DNA from: Squalus acanthias
Taxonomy: Eukaryota
Assembly (NCBI GenBank): GCA_030390025.1
Contig: CM059433.1
Location: forward strand, 12,960,001 to 13,024,000
DNA: 64,000 bases
Direction: 5' to 3'
The notes beneath the pieces are model-generated. The model saw only the letters and a list, made by a program, of their open reading frames with translations. It ran no database searches and was not told the origin of the DNA. A program made the translations under genes and the position numbers. How positions within the stretch are numbered: the first letter of the stretch is position 1; the number at the start of each line of letters is the position of its first letter. Below, one piece after another: positions 39,393-55,083 of this stretch.

Positions 39393-40062
39393 ATTATTTA
39401 AATGGAGAGAGACTACAGAATGCTGCGGTACAGAGGGATCTGGGTGTCCTCGTACATGAAACACAAAAAGTTAGCAGAAAGCAAATGGAATATTGGTCTT
39501 TATTGCAAAGAGGATGGAGTATAAAAGTAGGGAAGTCTTGCTACAACTGTACAGGGCGTTGGTGAGACCACACCTGGAGTACTGCGTACAGTTTTGGTCT
39601 CCTTATTTAAGGAAGGATATACTTACATTGGAGGCAGTTCAGAGAAGGTTCACTAGGTTGATTCCTGAGTTGAAGGGGTTGTTTTATGAGGAAAGGTTGA
39701 GCAGGTTGGACCTATATTCATTGGAGTTTAGAAGAATGAGAGGTGATCTTACTGAAACATATAAGATTCTGAGGGGGCTCGACAAGGTAGATGCTGAGAG
39801 GATGTTTCCCCTCGTGGGGGAATCTAGAACTAGGGGGCATAGTTTCAGAATAAGGGGTCGCCCATTTAAAACGGAGATGAGGAGGAATTTCTTCTCTCAG
39901 AGGCTCGTGAAACTTTGGAATTCTCCACCCCAGAGAGCTGTGGAGGCAGAGTCATTGAATATATTCAAAGCGGAGATAGACAGATGTTTGAAAAACAGGG
40001 GAGTCAAGGGTTATGGGGAACAGGCAGGAAAGTGGAGTTGAGGCCAAGATCAGATCAGCCAT

Positions 40063-40827
40063 ACAATAGCAAAATACTGCGGATGCTGGAAATCTGAAAT
40101 AAAAACAGAAAATGCTGGAAACACTCAGCAGGCCAGGCAGCATCCGTGGAGAGAGAAACAGAGTTAACGTTTCAAGTCTGTGACCCTTCGTCAGAATTGG
40201 AAAAAGTTAGGGATGTAACAGGTTTTAAGCATGTGCAGAGGCAGGGAAAGGCGGGGGGAGGGGAGGAAGGAACGGTCTGTGCTAGGATGGAAGGCAGGAG
40301 AGATTAAATGTTGCAAATGAGGGTGGCAGAATCATCAACAGCTGCCACCTGAAAAAATGGAGGCAGGGGTTATAGTCTGAAATTATTGAACTCGATGTTG
40401 AGTCCAGAAGGCTGTAAAGTGCCTAATCGAAAGATGAGGTGCTGTTCCTCGAGCTTACATTGAGCTTCATTGGAACAGTGTAAGAGGCCGAGGACAGGGA
40501 GATCAGAGTGGGAGTGGAGCGGAGAATTAAAGTGACAGGCGACCGGAAGCTCGGGGTCACCCTTACGGACTGAACGGAGGTGTTCTGCAAAGCGGTCGCC
40601 CAATCTGCATTTGGTCTCCCCAATGTAGAGGAGACCGCATCGTGAGCAGCGAATACAGTATACTAAATTGCAAGAAGTACAAGTAAAGTACAAGCACTTT
40701 ACAGCCTTCTGGACTCAACATCGAGGTCAACAATTTCAGACCATAACCCCTGCCCCCATTTTTTCAGGTGGCAGCTGTTGATGATTCTGCCATCCCCATT
40801 TGCAACATTTAATCTCTCCTGCCTGCC
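40063..40827 (-). mobile_element. PLE family B 3' fragment with GIY-YIG domain and a short inverted segment, inserted in a CR1 tail
   Basis: ORF 40370-40693 NLVYCIRCSRCGLLYIGETK..LGDRFAEH. 14-bp duplication atcagatcagccat (40049-40062 and 40828-40841). 40690-40827 is an inverted copy of internal sequence. Confidence 0.9.
40162..40198 (-). ncRNA. Minimal hammerhead ribozyme motif (family B)
   Basis: Minus strand reads AATT-CTGACGA-A-GGGTC aca GACTT-GAAA-CGTT-AACT. Confidence 0.65.
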
Positions 40828-41424
40828 ATCAGATCAGCCATGATCTTATTGAATGGCGGAGCAGGCTCGGGGGGCCGAATGGCCAACTCCTGCTCTTATT
40901 TCTTGTGTTCTTATGAGTGGCATTAGCAAGGCTCTGAGCTGATGTTGATTAAAGCATATGTGTAGTTATAACGGCTGCTGCTCCAAGAGACAGTAATGTT
41001 GAAAAAAAAAGATAAAGGAAAACCAGCAGTGATGAACATGCAGCAAGTTCGAATGCTCACACTTTCTGTTTTGTGATTTATTTTTGATTATACCTGGATC
41101 AGACTGGCACATTTTAACTCCACTAATGAATATGAATTCACAAATCAAGGGATGGTTTTAAGGGGATCCATCAGTGATCCCCCCCACCGCCCCCCCCCCC
41201 CACTAACAATTTAAGATTGTAAAAATTTTAGTCAATATTAGCACTTCCCTAATCACAGATGAGCAACAATATAGTGTTAAGATTAAAGAAGGAACCTCAG
41301 GTTGATATTTTTATTTTGTTAGAAAACATTAAAATGATGGATTATATAATATCTCGGTGAGTAAAATTGAAATTCTGAACTGCGTGTAGTAATTCAACAA
41401 TTGCCTGTGATTTTTAACTTGTAA

Positions 41425-41553
<129 letters not shown>

Positions 41554-43801
41554 TAAAAATCTCAGCGTTCTGTGCATGCCCAAAAAAGCCCAGCCCTTCT
41601 GGCAAAAGGTGCTGTGTGATATCAACAACAACAACAAAAAATCATCTAGCACAGAATCGAATCAGATCCAGCAGAGTGCTTCCTGGGTCTCTCCATTGCG
41701 AACCCATCCCTCCCCACCCATCCCCCACAACCCAAACATGGGCAGGTTCCTGGACTTCCTCCCAACAACAGCCCATCAGTGCCTGCAACTGGTGATAGCT
41801 CAGCCCCCTGCCACTTGGCCAAAGTGCATTGAAGCGACCCGAGAAAATCGTGCACAGACCAAAGGCAGAACCGGGGAATCTGGTTAAAAAAAATCTGGTC
41901 TCTGTTCCTGCCTACTGCCTCTGGCTGGCCAGCAACACTATCCACATAGCTTGTGCACCAAGTGTGTGGGACATGCTCCAACCATCTCAAATGGAGCAGC
42001 TCACAAAGCTGTAACGACCTATCAGGCACTGAATATGCCGCGGTTATACGGACTAGTGGTCTGAAATGGTCACTGCAGAGTGTGATTTGCAACTGGCAAT
42101 ACCTGAGTTACTCCGCAAGTTGCGGAACCACCTTCCCGGGGACCAGGACGGAGCTCTGCTCCTGGTCGCAAACCTGCCAATGTTTTTTTTTTAAAGTGTG
42201 AGTGGGAGTATTAGCTTTCTTAAAGCATTCCTTCGGTTTATTTTTTGAAAATGCTCAAATGGTTCAAAAGAGCAACTGAGCACTTTTTTAAAAACCCAGT
42301 GCGACAGCGCACTGGAGTTAACCTAACGCGGCATCAAGCCCAAACAGTGATCTCACTGCTGCGATCCAGAGTCAGATCAGGGCCTGACTTGAGAGTTATA
42401 CTGTCACTTTAGTGTTGCTGAAAAGGGGAAGCTACTTCACAGTGACATAAAAGAGACAATATGACTACACCCTCAGTGGTCAAGTGGATCAGCACAAATG
42501 AACACTACGACCGCTCCCATGAAATGGTCTCCAAGGACATTTGGTACACAAGTCACTATAAAACTTGCTCACTTTCACACTGTACTTTTCATATTGTATA
42601 CTGTGGAACTAATGTGCGTACAAAGTGTTGTAGCCAAAGAATAATTGCAAAAAACAAGTCTCAAAGTACTCTTCAGCTGAAATTCTCTATAATAAATTAC
42701 TTGAATATTCTATCATAGAAAGCATTTATTCATTTATATTTTCCCTCCTTTAGGTCCCCCACACCATGCATCAATCCCTGGCTGAGAGGGGGGTAGGTGA
42801 TCTGCTGTCTTTGCCACTTTGTAACAGGCTACTCAGAGCTCTTCCGGAGTGTCCCAGGTTGACTTGCATGATGGCGTTTTCAGTCTGAGCCGGTGGGGAA
42901 GCATCTGCTGGTCTTTGCTCTGCAATTCTCACAGTTACCTGGCTGAGATCACTAGCTGTGAACCCACCTACTACCACTCAGCAGTTTAGTGAATTACTAA
43001 ACCGGCACCAAATGCATATTCTTATCAATATTTAGAAGATCTGCTAAAACGAAGGAGGAAAAGGTGTTTTCTTTTTGGAATTTACAAGGAAGTAGTCGGG
43101 ATAATCCTCAGTGTATGAAGCTTCCTAGGCCACCAACAAAGAAGGATGTACATTCACAATTCCACCCCCCTCCCTTAATATATTTCATAGGAAAACAACA
43201 TGCGTAACTATTTTTGTACAACCTGGGACTGGATGCAGCATTATCAGCCCATCAGCTTTGCCAGACAAGGTGGATACATCATCACATTAGATAACCACGA
43301 ATGGGACACTCTAACTGCCAAATTGCCATTGATTAGATTCCAGTGCTAAACTGCCCGAAATTGAATGCCTTCCATTGGACAACTAATCAATTACTCGGCT
43401 CCAGCCACAGACACACACTTTTCTTTCCAAGTACTCTTATGGTGGGATGCTGATGGCCTGATTTTCACAAAGCTGGCATAGACACATGCTTTGAAATTAC
43501 TGTTGGCAATATTGTCAGATCAAACTTTTAACCTGTCGGTATGATATTCCTTTGTCCATTATTTTTAGCAGGGGCCATTAATTTGTTTATTCCAAGTGGA
43601 TTAATAAGCTGATAAGATAGTGGACCGAGGAATGCCATAGAGAAGGGTTAAGTATCCGTCCACTAATGTTGCCAACACTCATTTCCAGGCTATGGAGGAG
43701 CAGTTTTTAAATGACAGGCCATCCAAACACAAAAGCAGCTGAATTAGGCAAAAGTCAAGAATTTATGAGTTAACCCAGGCTGACCCAATTCAATTCACCT
43801 T

Positions 43802-43973
43802 GGCCTTGAAATTACACTGAACAAAGATTAGCATACAGGCACTTAATGCATTTGCATGCAATTCCTTTATTCACAATTCTAATGAGGGTGCTAAATCGTT
43901 CAGAATAAAGGAATTGGGTCGGAGCGTGCTAAGCATTTATACACTAATCTTCACACAGCAGAATTTCAAGGCC
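43802..43973. mobile_element. 172-bp MITE
   Basis: Perfect 12-bp TIR ggccttgaaatt; flanks CTT/TTT. Confidence 0.6.
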
Positions 43974-44122
43974 TTTGGCTTCTGAATTTGGTTGGGAACG
44001 TTTCCCTATTTTTTAATCATGTGTTACATTTTGGATTACTAATTAGCATCGCATATTTTAGTTTTTGGATTACTAAGTGTATTATTTTTTGATTGCTAAT
44101 TGGTATTATATGCTTTTTATTT

Positions 44123-45478
<1,356 letters not shown>

Positions 45479-46609
45479 TAAATTACCAGAATAATTACCG
45501 GCAATAATTTTCCAATCTGTTTAAAATCTGCAAAGTAATGCAGTGATAAGAATTTTTATTTGTCAGAGAAAAAGTCTTTCTCCAAGATTTATGGGGTCGA
45601 TTTTAGTCCCGAAGAGGTTTTGGGCAAGTGTGAAATGCACTCGTTGGCCTGAGTTTCAGGGCCGGGGTATTTTAACCCCCATGCCTCATTTAAAAGCCTA
45701 CAGTCCATTTCCCGCCCTTGGACAGGAAGTGGGCGAGATCAGCAACTGGCGGGGAAAGATCTGGCAGCCAAGGGCTGCCGGCCAGCTTGCAGGTAAATAG
45801 CAGGGAGCGAGTTTTGGGAGGGTTTCGAGGGAGGGTGAGGGGTATCCAGGGCGGGGGAGGCCACAACTTTCCTTGTGGGGTCCGGAGGTGGACTCCTTCT
45901 CCTCCTGGCCCCACAAATGGAAGTTTCACACATTACACTTACCTTCGAGGGCTTCAGTCTGCAGACCTGCTTCACCTGATGGGAAAGCCACGGAGGTTTC
46001 CCCGCTCAGGCCGCAGTTGAAACGCAATTGGGGTTATTTTGACATAATAGGACCCCGATCTGCGTAAATTCATGAGGCCCCCGCCTACTTTATGCGAGCG
46101 ACTCATCTGCCCCCAGAACTCTGTAGGTTCAAATTGAAAATAGCGTGAAAGGGTCGAATTACGAGCGGTTGGGAAATCTGCTCGTTATTAACGGCCCACA
46201 CGCCCAGTTTCTTAACTGATCCACCCAAACTTCTCTGTAAGCAGAAAAACAGCTGGTTGTAATTATTCTAATGCACCGTTGATGTGCATGCCATACCTTC
46301 TCCCTGTGGCTAGTGATACCTTCTCAGTTGCTGCTATGTTTTTACTGGCACAGAGCTCTATACCTCATTCGTCTCCATGTTATTCATGCTCGGGCGATCC
46401 TGCCCTACCTAAATAGAAAAGATCAGATAAGTCACAAACATCTTCAGAGAAGATGACGGTTTTTGAGACCCTACACATGCAGGAACGTATATTCTTATCG
46501 AAATGTTTAACAACTTAAATTCCGTCTTAAAACTTCTCACTTGTAAGTGCAACCAAATGATGTTGCTCAAAGTATTAGACAACCAAAATAAAGACAATGT
46601 TGATACAGA

Positions 46610-47255
46610 ATCTACTTTCCGTCACTTTCCGTTAGCTCATCCGCTGCTGAAACCCTCATCCATGCCTTTGTTACCTCTAGACTTGACTATTCCAACGCAC
46701 TCCTGGCTGGCCTCCCACATTCCACCCTACGTAAACTTGAGGTCATCCAAAACTCGGCTGCCCGTGTCCTAACCTGCACCAAGTCCCGTTCGCCCATCAC
46801 CCACTGTGCTCGCTGACCTACATTGACTTCCGGTTAAGCAACGCCTTGTTTTCAAATCCCTCCATCGCCTCGCCCCTCCCTATCTCTGTAACCTCCTTCA
46901 GCCCCACAACCCCCCGAGATATCTGCGTTCCTCTAATTCTTGCCTCTGGAGCATCCCTGATTTTAATCGCTCAACCTTTGGTGGCCGTGCCTTCAGCTGC
47001 CTAGGCCCTAAGCTCTGGAATTCCCTGCCTAAACCTCTCCGCCTCGCTACCTCTCTTTCCTCCTTTAAGACGCTCCTTAAAACCTACCTCTTTGACCAAG
47101 CTTTTGGTCACCTGCCCTAATTTATCCTTAAGTGGCTCGGTGTCAAATTTTTTGTGTCAGCATTTTTTGTCTTATAATACTCCTGTGCAGCGCTTTGGGA
47201 CATTTTACTACGTTAAAGGTGCTATCTAAATACAAGTTGTTGTTGTTGTTGTTGT
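46610..47255 (+). mobile_element. L2-type LINE 3' fragment
   Basis: Reads AAETLIHAFVTSRLDYSN-type RT C-terminus; tail aaggtgctat.taaatacaag(ttg)n. Confidence 0.85.
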
Positions 47256-48839
47256 TAATTCTGATAAGCTTATTAATGCTGCGTTCACGTTTTTAGGGGA
47301 TAATGTTATGATTCTGTGCCGGTTGTGAGCCTTGCCCACCTGCAGTACATATTGCAAATTCAGATGCACACTCGTCTTTCCGACCATAATGGCCATAATG
47401 GTAAACTTATGAGTCTGAGTTCTCAGCAGCGAGCTTTGCCCACAGCTAGCGCATAGTGGAATGCTCAGCAACTCATGGGTGGTGCGCGACTGAATAGTCA
47501 ATATGCGCTTCCAGCAGGCGCTAGTTCTGCAGCAAAGCATGGGCTCGTAAAATTACCACCCAAAATAAGTATGAAGACTAAAGGGGGACCGACTGGATAA
47601 TTCACATGATCATTTACAAAAGTGGAGGCTGATTCTGGGTGTCTCCGCCAAGGCATAAACGGAGCCGTAACAGCCTGAAAATGGTGTCGGCTCACGTACA
47701 GCTGCCAGCTTGGACCGAGCGCTCCTCCCGAGCCCAGAATAAAAACCACCGCCCTGCTGCCAGCCCGTGCGAGGCTTCCCCCCGGGATCGCCTCTCTCAA
47801 CATCCGGGCTCCAGCTGTTGGCCAGCCCGTGGAGCAGCCAATCAATTCCTCACCCTCCCCAGTATAGTGGCGGCACCATACAAATGAGGCGCAGGACTCA
47901 AAAGGGCTCGGGGCTTCACAACGCAGCAGGCACGGTCCATCCGCCGACCTGCTGCCGTGCGCCCAAAACTGGAAGTGGCCCTGTGCACTTTAAGAGTACA
48001 GGGGTGGGCACATGGAAATACAGTAAACTCTTTCTTACCCGGCACCTATGGGACCAGGATGGTGCCGGTTGATGAAAAATTCTGGATAACAGAGAGGTAT
48101 ACCTACCAAGGCAATTTTTAACACAAAACAAAAATAAAAACCACTGACTAACTCGGCCACCGCGGGAGTCTCGGACTCAGCAAAACGAGTGCTGGATGGA
48201 TTCGGCAAGATTACCGGTTATCTATTTTGCCGGTTATTAAAGTATTCCGGGTGATTAAGTGCCGTTTAAGCAAGAGTTTACTGTATATTGGAGCGAAATG
48301 CTGAAGCTCTGGAGCAGAACTGCTCTTCCTCAACTGAAGCATTAAGCACATTTGAAAACCAACAAGGAATTCCCAGGGGTACCACTTTGTCCAGTGCCAT
48401 GTCAAATGCCCACAGCAACCAGGAATACTGAAGAAAATCGTTAGCAGAGAAAAAAATAATCCTTTGGCATAACCCCAACATTCACCTACCTGTAAGAGGC
48501 TTAGTTGAACTGGCCAGGCCTCAAGATCCCATTTCAATTGGGCGAGCAGCATGCCATGGGCCTAAAGGAACTAATTTAAATAAATAGACAATTAAAATGA
48601 GACCCAGGCACGCCAGCAGCACTGCCTCATTCTCAGCCCCAATTTACCGCATCGGAAAAACGGGCATCACTTATTTTAGTTAACAAATATCTGAGGTTTT
48701 TTGATATTGATTGGACCAAATAACTGAAGAGATAATTAATTTATCAGTTACCTGATGCTTAGCCTTGGAAGTCTCATCTGTTAACATGCTAGGACCATGG
48801 ATAGACATCACGTGAAGGAAGACTACCGACCAGAATGAA

Positions 48840-50815
48840 TAACAACAACAACTTGTATTTATGTAGCGCCTTTTTAACGTAATAAAACGTCCCAAGGAGC
48901 TTCACAGGAATGTTATAGAAGCATAGAAACATAGAATCTAGGAGCAGGAGTAGGCCATTCGGCCCGTCGAGCCTGCTCCACCATTCAATACGATCATGGC
49001 TGATCATCCAAATCCAGTACCCTGTCCCTGCTTTAATCCCCACTGTACACATATCCCACCCTACCCCCGTAACCCCACGTATTTAATTCCCCCTAACATA
49101 TCCCATCCTATCCCCATAACGCCACATATTTAATCCCCCCCTAACACTAAGGGTCAATTTATCATAGCCAAATCAACCTAACCTGCACATTTTTGGACTG
49201 TGGGAGGAAACCGGAGCACCCGGAGGAAACCCACGCAGACACGGGGAGAATGTGCAAACTCCACACAGACAGTCACCCGAGGTCAGATTCGAACCCGGGT
49301 CCCTGGCGCTGTGAGGCACCAGTGCTAACCACTATGCCACCGTGTTGCCCTATAAGACAAAAATTTGACACCGAGCCACATAAGGAGAAGTTAAGGCAGG
49401 TGACCAAAGAGGTAAGTTTTAAGGAGCATCTTAAAGGAGAAAAGAGAGGTAGAGAGACAGAGAGGTTTAGGGAGGGAATTCCAGAGCTTAGGGCCCAGGC
49501 AACAGAAGGCACGGCCACCAATGGTTGAGCGATTATAATCAGGGATGCTCAAGAGGGCAGAATTAGAGGAAAGCAGGTATCTCGGGGGGTGTGGGGCTGG
49601 AGGAGATTACAGAGATAGGAAGGGGCGAGGCCATGGAGGGATTTGAAAACAAGGATGAGAATTTTGAAATCGAGACGCTGCTTAACCGAGAGCCAATGTA
49701 GGTCAGCGAGCACAGGGGTGATGGGCGAACGGGACTTGGTGCGAGTTCGGACACGGGCAGCCGAGTTTTGGATGACCTCAAGTTTACGTAGGGTGGAATG
49801 TGGGAGGCCAGCCAGGAGTGCGTTGGAATAGTCAATTCTAGAGGTAACAACGGCATGGATGAGGGTTTCAGCAGCGGATGAGCTGAGGCGGGGCGGAGAC
49901 GGGCGATGTTACGGAGGTGGAAATAGGCGGTCTTAGTTATGCCACGGATATGTGGTCAGAAGCTCATTTCAGGGTCAAATATGACACCAAGGTTGCGAAC
50001 AGTGTCGTTCAGCCTCAGACAGATGTTAGGGAGAGGGATGGAGTCAGTGGCTAGGGAACGGAGGTTGTGGCGGGGACCGAAAACAATGGCTTCGGTCTTC
50101 CCAGTATTTACTTGAGGACATTTTTTTCTCATCCAGTACTGGATGTTGGACAAGCAGTCTGACAATTTAGAGACAGTGGAGGGGTCGAGAGAAGTGGTGG
50201 TGAGGTAGAGCTGGGTGTCATCAGCGTACATGTGGAAACTAATGCTGTGTTTTCGGATGATGTCGCCAAGGGGCAGCATGTTTTCTTTTTTTTTTATTCG
50301 TTTTATGGGATCAGGGCATCGCTGGCAATGCCAGCATTTATTGCCCATCCCTAGTTGCCCTTGAGAAGGTGGTGGTGAGCCACCTTCTTGTACTGCTGCA
50401 GTCCATGTGGTGATGGTACTCCCACAGTGCTGTTAGGTAGGGAGTTCCAGGATTTTGACCCAGTGACGATGAAGGATCGGCGATATACTTCTAAGTCAGG
50501 ATGGTGTGTGACTTGGAGGGGAACTTGGAGGTGGTGGTCTTCCCATGTGCCTACTGCCCTTGTCCTTCTAGGTGGAAGAGGTCACAGGTTTTGGAGGTGC
50601 TGCCGAAGAAGCCTTGGCGAGTTGCTGCAGTGCATCTTGTAGATGGTGCACACTGCAGCCACGGTACACCGGTGGTGGAGGGAGTGAATGTTTAAGGTGG
50701 GGGATGGGGTGCCAATCAAGCGGGCTGCTTTGTCCTGGACGATGTAGATGAGAAATAGGAGAGGGTAAAGGATAGATCCTTGGGGGACACCAGAGGTAAC
50801 GATGCGGGAGCAGGA
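48840..50815 (-). mobile_element. L2-type LINE fragment with nested V-SINE and a second LINE tail (50282-50742)
   Basis: ORF 49956-50348 contains FHMYADDTQLY; reverse complement of 46640-47250. Confidence 0.88.
48918..49350 (-). mobile_element. tRNA-derived V-SINE (HE1-like) with CR1-derived tail
   Basis: Minus strand: A box tggcatagtgg, B box ggttcgaatc, V domain tgtgtggagtttgcacattctccccgtgtctgcgtgggtttcc, then CR1 tail. Confidence 0.85.
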
Positions 50816-51000
50816 TAATGTAGGATGTGAGATTGGATAGGTATTCTGGAGTTTAGCTTGATTTACCTTTTAGGGATAGAAAGAAACAGGAGGATCCTCT
50901 TCATCAGGAGTTAGGTAGAAGCCATGATAGAGCAGATTGTACATAGTCTGTAGAATCAACAGACTTGATGTGCCAAATGGTCTAGCCCATTCCACACTTT

Positions 51001-51138
51001 GGGCTGGATTTTATCGTTGGGGGCGCGTTGGGGGCGGGACTGCTGGTTGTCGGGTTTCATTCCCGCCCCCAGTTTCTGCCATTTTCCCGGCAGTCCCGCC
51101 TCCAAACCCGCCTCCCCAGGGCTGGCAAAATCCCCCCC
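51001..51138. mobile_element. 138-bp Harbinger-type MITE
   Basis: TIRs gggctggatttt and aaaatccccccc; TTT on both flanks. Confidence 0.6.
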
Positions 51139-51449
51139 TTTGTTATGATCTTACATTCTTACATATTTTAAATGGCCATAAATGTTTACAGTTTGAAGTC
51201 ATTATAAAATACAAAGTCTATGATGCATTTTAAGGTTTAGCTGACAATAACAGGACAAAATATGAGCTCGCTTCGAAGGATGTTTAAACACAACTCTCGG
51301 GCTCAAATTTGTCCCCATGCTGTTTCCTGTCCACTGCATAAGTTCAGTGTGCACCCCTAGCATTGATAAATACTACACCACAATGAGATCCAGAGTATAC
51401 TAACGATATTTAGCTATTGTTCACAAAAATTACCACGGGTTAATTACAA

Positions 51450-53100
51450 CGAGGAACATCGGAAAAAGAGTAGGCAATTCCGACCCTCCAGCTTGTTCCA
51501 CCATTCAGCTACATCATGGCCGATCTGTCCCTCAACTCCATTTACCTGCCTTTGTTCCATATCCCTTGATAACTTACCTAACAAAAACCTATTGATCTAA
51601 GTGTTTAAAAGTTCAATTGTCCCAGCTTCCACAGCTTTGTGGGGCAACGAGTTCCAGATTTCCACTACCCTCTGTGTGGAAAAGTCTTTCCTGATTTCGC
51701 ACCGAAATGGCCGAGCTCTAATTTGAAGATTATGCTCTTTCTTAAGATTGTTCTGAATTCCCCTGCCAGTGGAAATAGTTTCTCTGTACCTACCCTATCG
51801 AGTCCCTTATTGATTTTAAGTACCTTGATTACCTCACCCCCTCAATCTTCTAAACTCAAGGCAATGCAAGCCAAGCTTATACAACCTGGCCTCATAATTT
51901 AGCTCTTTAATCCCTGGTATCATTGTGGTGAATCTGTGTTGTATCCCTTCCAAGGTCAATATATCTTTCCTGAGGGTTTGGTGCCCAAAACTGAACACAG
52001 TTATTCCAGATGGGGTCTGAACAAGGCTCTGTACAACTGCAGCATAACTTCCTCACTTTTGTATTCCAACCACTTTAACATAAGGGGGGAGAAATTCGGT
52101 ATCGCCCCGTTTGGGGCGCAATTATCGCCTCCGACTGCAAACTTGGCTTCTATCGCCCCTGGAGGTGATTGGAGCGCTAAATCAGGCGCTACACACCTCT
52201 CTTAAGGCGCTAACGCCGAGGAGCAAGGCGCTACCTCAGAGCGCTGGCAAAGCTCATGTGATGTCAGTCAGCAATGGAACACAGACACACTGGCACCGGC
52301 CAGTTCTTAAAGGGGAGGGTCGATCTTGCTCTCCATCCACACCCTGCTCATTGCAGCCTTGAATCTCGGCCTGGAGAGACCTGTACATCAAATCTGCTGG
52401 AAAGAACAATGGAGAGGCCCAGGGAAAGAGCTCAGAGTGCAGCCCCCATAGTTTCTTCTAAATCAATGCAAGGAAGGTCAAATCAAAATGAACCTGCAAA
52501 GTGCTGCTCAGTACCCAAAACTCCTTCACACAGCATTGAATCTCTCCAGAAGTCTCTCTCTCTCTCTCTCTCAGAATGCGTGGTGCAAAAATGTCGCCGA
52601 CAAAAAAAGGCAGGAAGCGGTCGCCTTTAAATAGCGCTCCCCCAGTCCCTTCCCGACTGCAAAACGCTCCCCTCAACCTGTCGTTGCTAGCGGTAAGGCA
52701 GGGGGCGCCACTCAATATCCGGTCCGGGGCGTTGCACGCTCGACTGACGTCACGATCTGCGGGCGCAGGAGATCGTGGCGGTAGTGTTTAGCGCTGCCGC
52801 AAAATGTCTGGTCAATTTCGCAAGCGGCGCAAACATCGCTGCGCCCGGGCCGCTAGTTGCTTTGCGCCCCATTAGCGCCCTCTTAAGGCGCTAACGGGAG
52901 GCGCAAAGCAACGAAATTTTTCCCCCAAAGACTTACATTCCATTAGCCTTTTTTGTACCTGTGCTTTTAGTGAATTGTGCACATGGAAACCTAAATACCT
53001 TTGCTCCGCCACAGTTCCTAGTCTCTCACCATTGAGAAAATATTCTGATTTGTCTTTCTCAATCCAAAGTGGATGACCTCACATCTGCCATAGTTTTGCC
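51450..53100 (-). mobile_element. Old CR1 3' fragment interrupted by a family D-related Harbinger derivative
   Basis: Degenerate reverse CR1 tail and C-terminus on both sides of 52085-52926. Confidence 0.75.
52085..52926. mobile_element. Harbinger internal-deletion derivative related to family D
   Basis: TIRs gggggagaaatt and aatttttccccc. Shares gccccattagcgccctcttaaggcgctaacgggaggcgcaa with 23119-23160. Confidence 0.8.
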
Positions 53101-54192
53101 CCATTTTCTTTTAAAAAGCAAATTATCATTTTAATAGGGGGCTGACGGCTGCACATTAAAAGCCTAATTTTCTAAAACTAGCTTTATATTGATGTCAAAG
53201 AATTAAGCCCATAAATTACGCTGTGCAGTATTAGTATCTGAGTGTGTCTCCCATTCTTACAAGTCCAATATCTTAATGGATGTGTTAGGCTCTTTAAAAT
53301 AAATAGCTTAAACCAGTTAAAATAGCAGACAAAAGCCTGGAGATTACTCCATTAGTTTGCAAATGGAAATAGTTGTGTTTATCAAACGTTTTTGATCATT
53401 GGCAGGATTCAATCTTCTCAGAGTCAATCTAGCAAGGGTTTCAGTGTACTAAACTCACTAAGGCCAGTTGTAGTACTCCCACAGCCAAACTGTTGAGCAT
53501 AGTTAACTCAATGTAAGCCTGGGCCTTCTTGGTCTATATAGCTTAGCTGCTCACTAAGGAATCCTGTATCATCCTTGCTAAAAGCTGTATAATTTGTTAT
53601 GTCCTACAGCGTGGGTACACTGGGTCAACACGCTGTCCTTTTACCTCTGGAACTTGAGTTTCAATCTAACTCAGATTAATATGATAAAAGTCATTTCTCT
53701 GATGGTGGTACGGGTACTAAATGAAATTAGTTTGGACAGTGTAAACCTTGTCCCTAGAGGGTGCACAGGACAAATCTTTCCAATTATTTGGCACTATTTT
53801 TAAAACATTGGCAATCACCAAGGACTTTGGGTGTGGAAAATTGAAATGTCACGCTGGTACCATGGAGTGTTCCTCTGAGGACCAAGTCAAGGCACATTTC
53901 TGGAGTAGGTTGAAGATAGTTTTAACCTGTAATTAACCTGACATGACCAGGGGAATTAAAAGGTATTACTCCCCCAACCCTAGTATCACTCACCTTGGTG
54001 AATACAAAACAATAGATCTGAATAACCAGGAATGGTACAAGCAACTTTTATTGTTTCCTGATCTATTATGTGTTAGAGAGCTTCACTGTCTATTACCACA
54101 AAATCATTATTTTGTATTCCATTAACACTTATGCTGCAGTTTGGCTACATGCTTGATTTAGCAAATAGAAACCACACACAGTGCATTACCTA

Positions 54193-54618
54193 TAAAGAAA
54201 GAAAGACTTGCATTTATATAGCGCCTTTCACGACCACCGGACGTCTCAAAGTGCTTTACAGCCAATGAAGTACTTTTTGGAAGTGGAGTCACTGTTGTAA
54301 TGTAGGAAATGCAGCAGCCAATTTGCGCACAGCAAGCTCCCACAAACAGCAATGTGATAATGACCAAATAATCTGTTTTTGTTATGTTGATTGAGGGATA
54401 AATATTGGCCAGGACACCGGGGATAACTCCCCTGCTCTTCTTCAAAATAGTGCCATGGGATCTTTTACGTCCACCTGAGAGAGCAGACAGGGCCTCGGTT
54501 TAACGTCTCATCCGAAAGACGGCACCTCCGACAGTGCAGCGCTCCCTCAGCACTGCACTGGGAGTGTCAGCCTAGCTTTATGTGCTCAAGTCCCTGGAGT
54601 GGGACTGTGAACCCACAA
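54193..54618 (-). mobile_element. Deu-domain SINE (SacSINE1-like) with L2-type tail
   Basis: Minus strand gatgagacgttaaaccgagg...taaaagatcccatggcact (Deu domain as recalled); tail aggcgctatataaatgcaagtc(tttc)n. Confidence 0.75.
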
Positions 54619-54870
54619 GTATACAGATATACTGGAAGCTTAAAATTGAACAAATAGGGATGAAGCATCACTTTGTATATTTTACTGTTGAGAAAAATTA
54701 ATAGAGTAATTGAATAATTAACTAATCAGCAAAGGGTTCTTACCTGCAAGAGACTGCGTTGCATGTTTGCTCGAGATTGTTTATTGTGTATGTTACCACA
54801 TTAAAGGCGCTGTATAAATGCAAGATGTTGTTGTTGTAAAAATGCAATGGCATGTCATACCTCAGTATAA

Positions 54871-55083
<213 letters not shown>

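Larger units (their letters stand above)
38540..40915 (+). mobile_element. CR1 LINE 3' part, interrupted by MITE copy 6 and the PLE at 40063-40827
   Basis: WQMEYNVGKCEVIHFG...LYRALVRPHLEYCVQFWSP... and CR1 tail. Confidence 0.9.

Noticed and set aside
49280..49350. tRNA gene
   Set aside because: The A and B boxes are the head of a V-SINE that continues into the V domain and a LINE tail.
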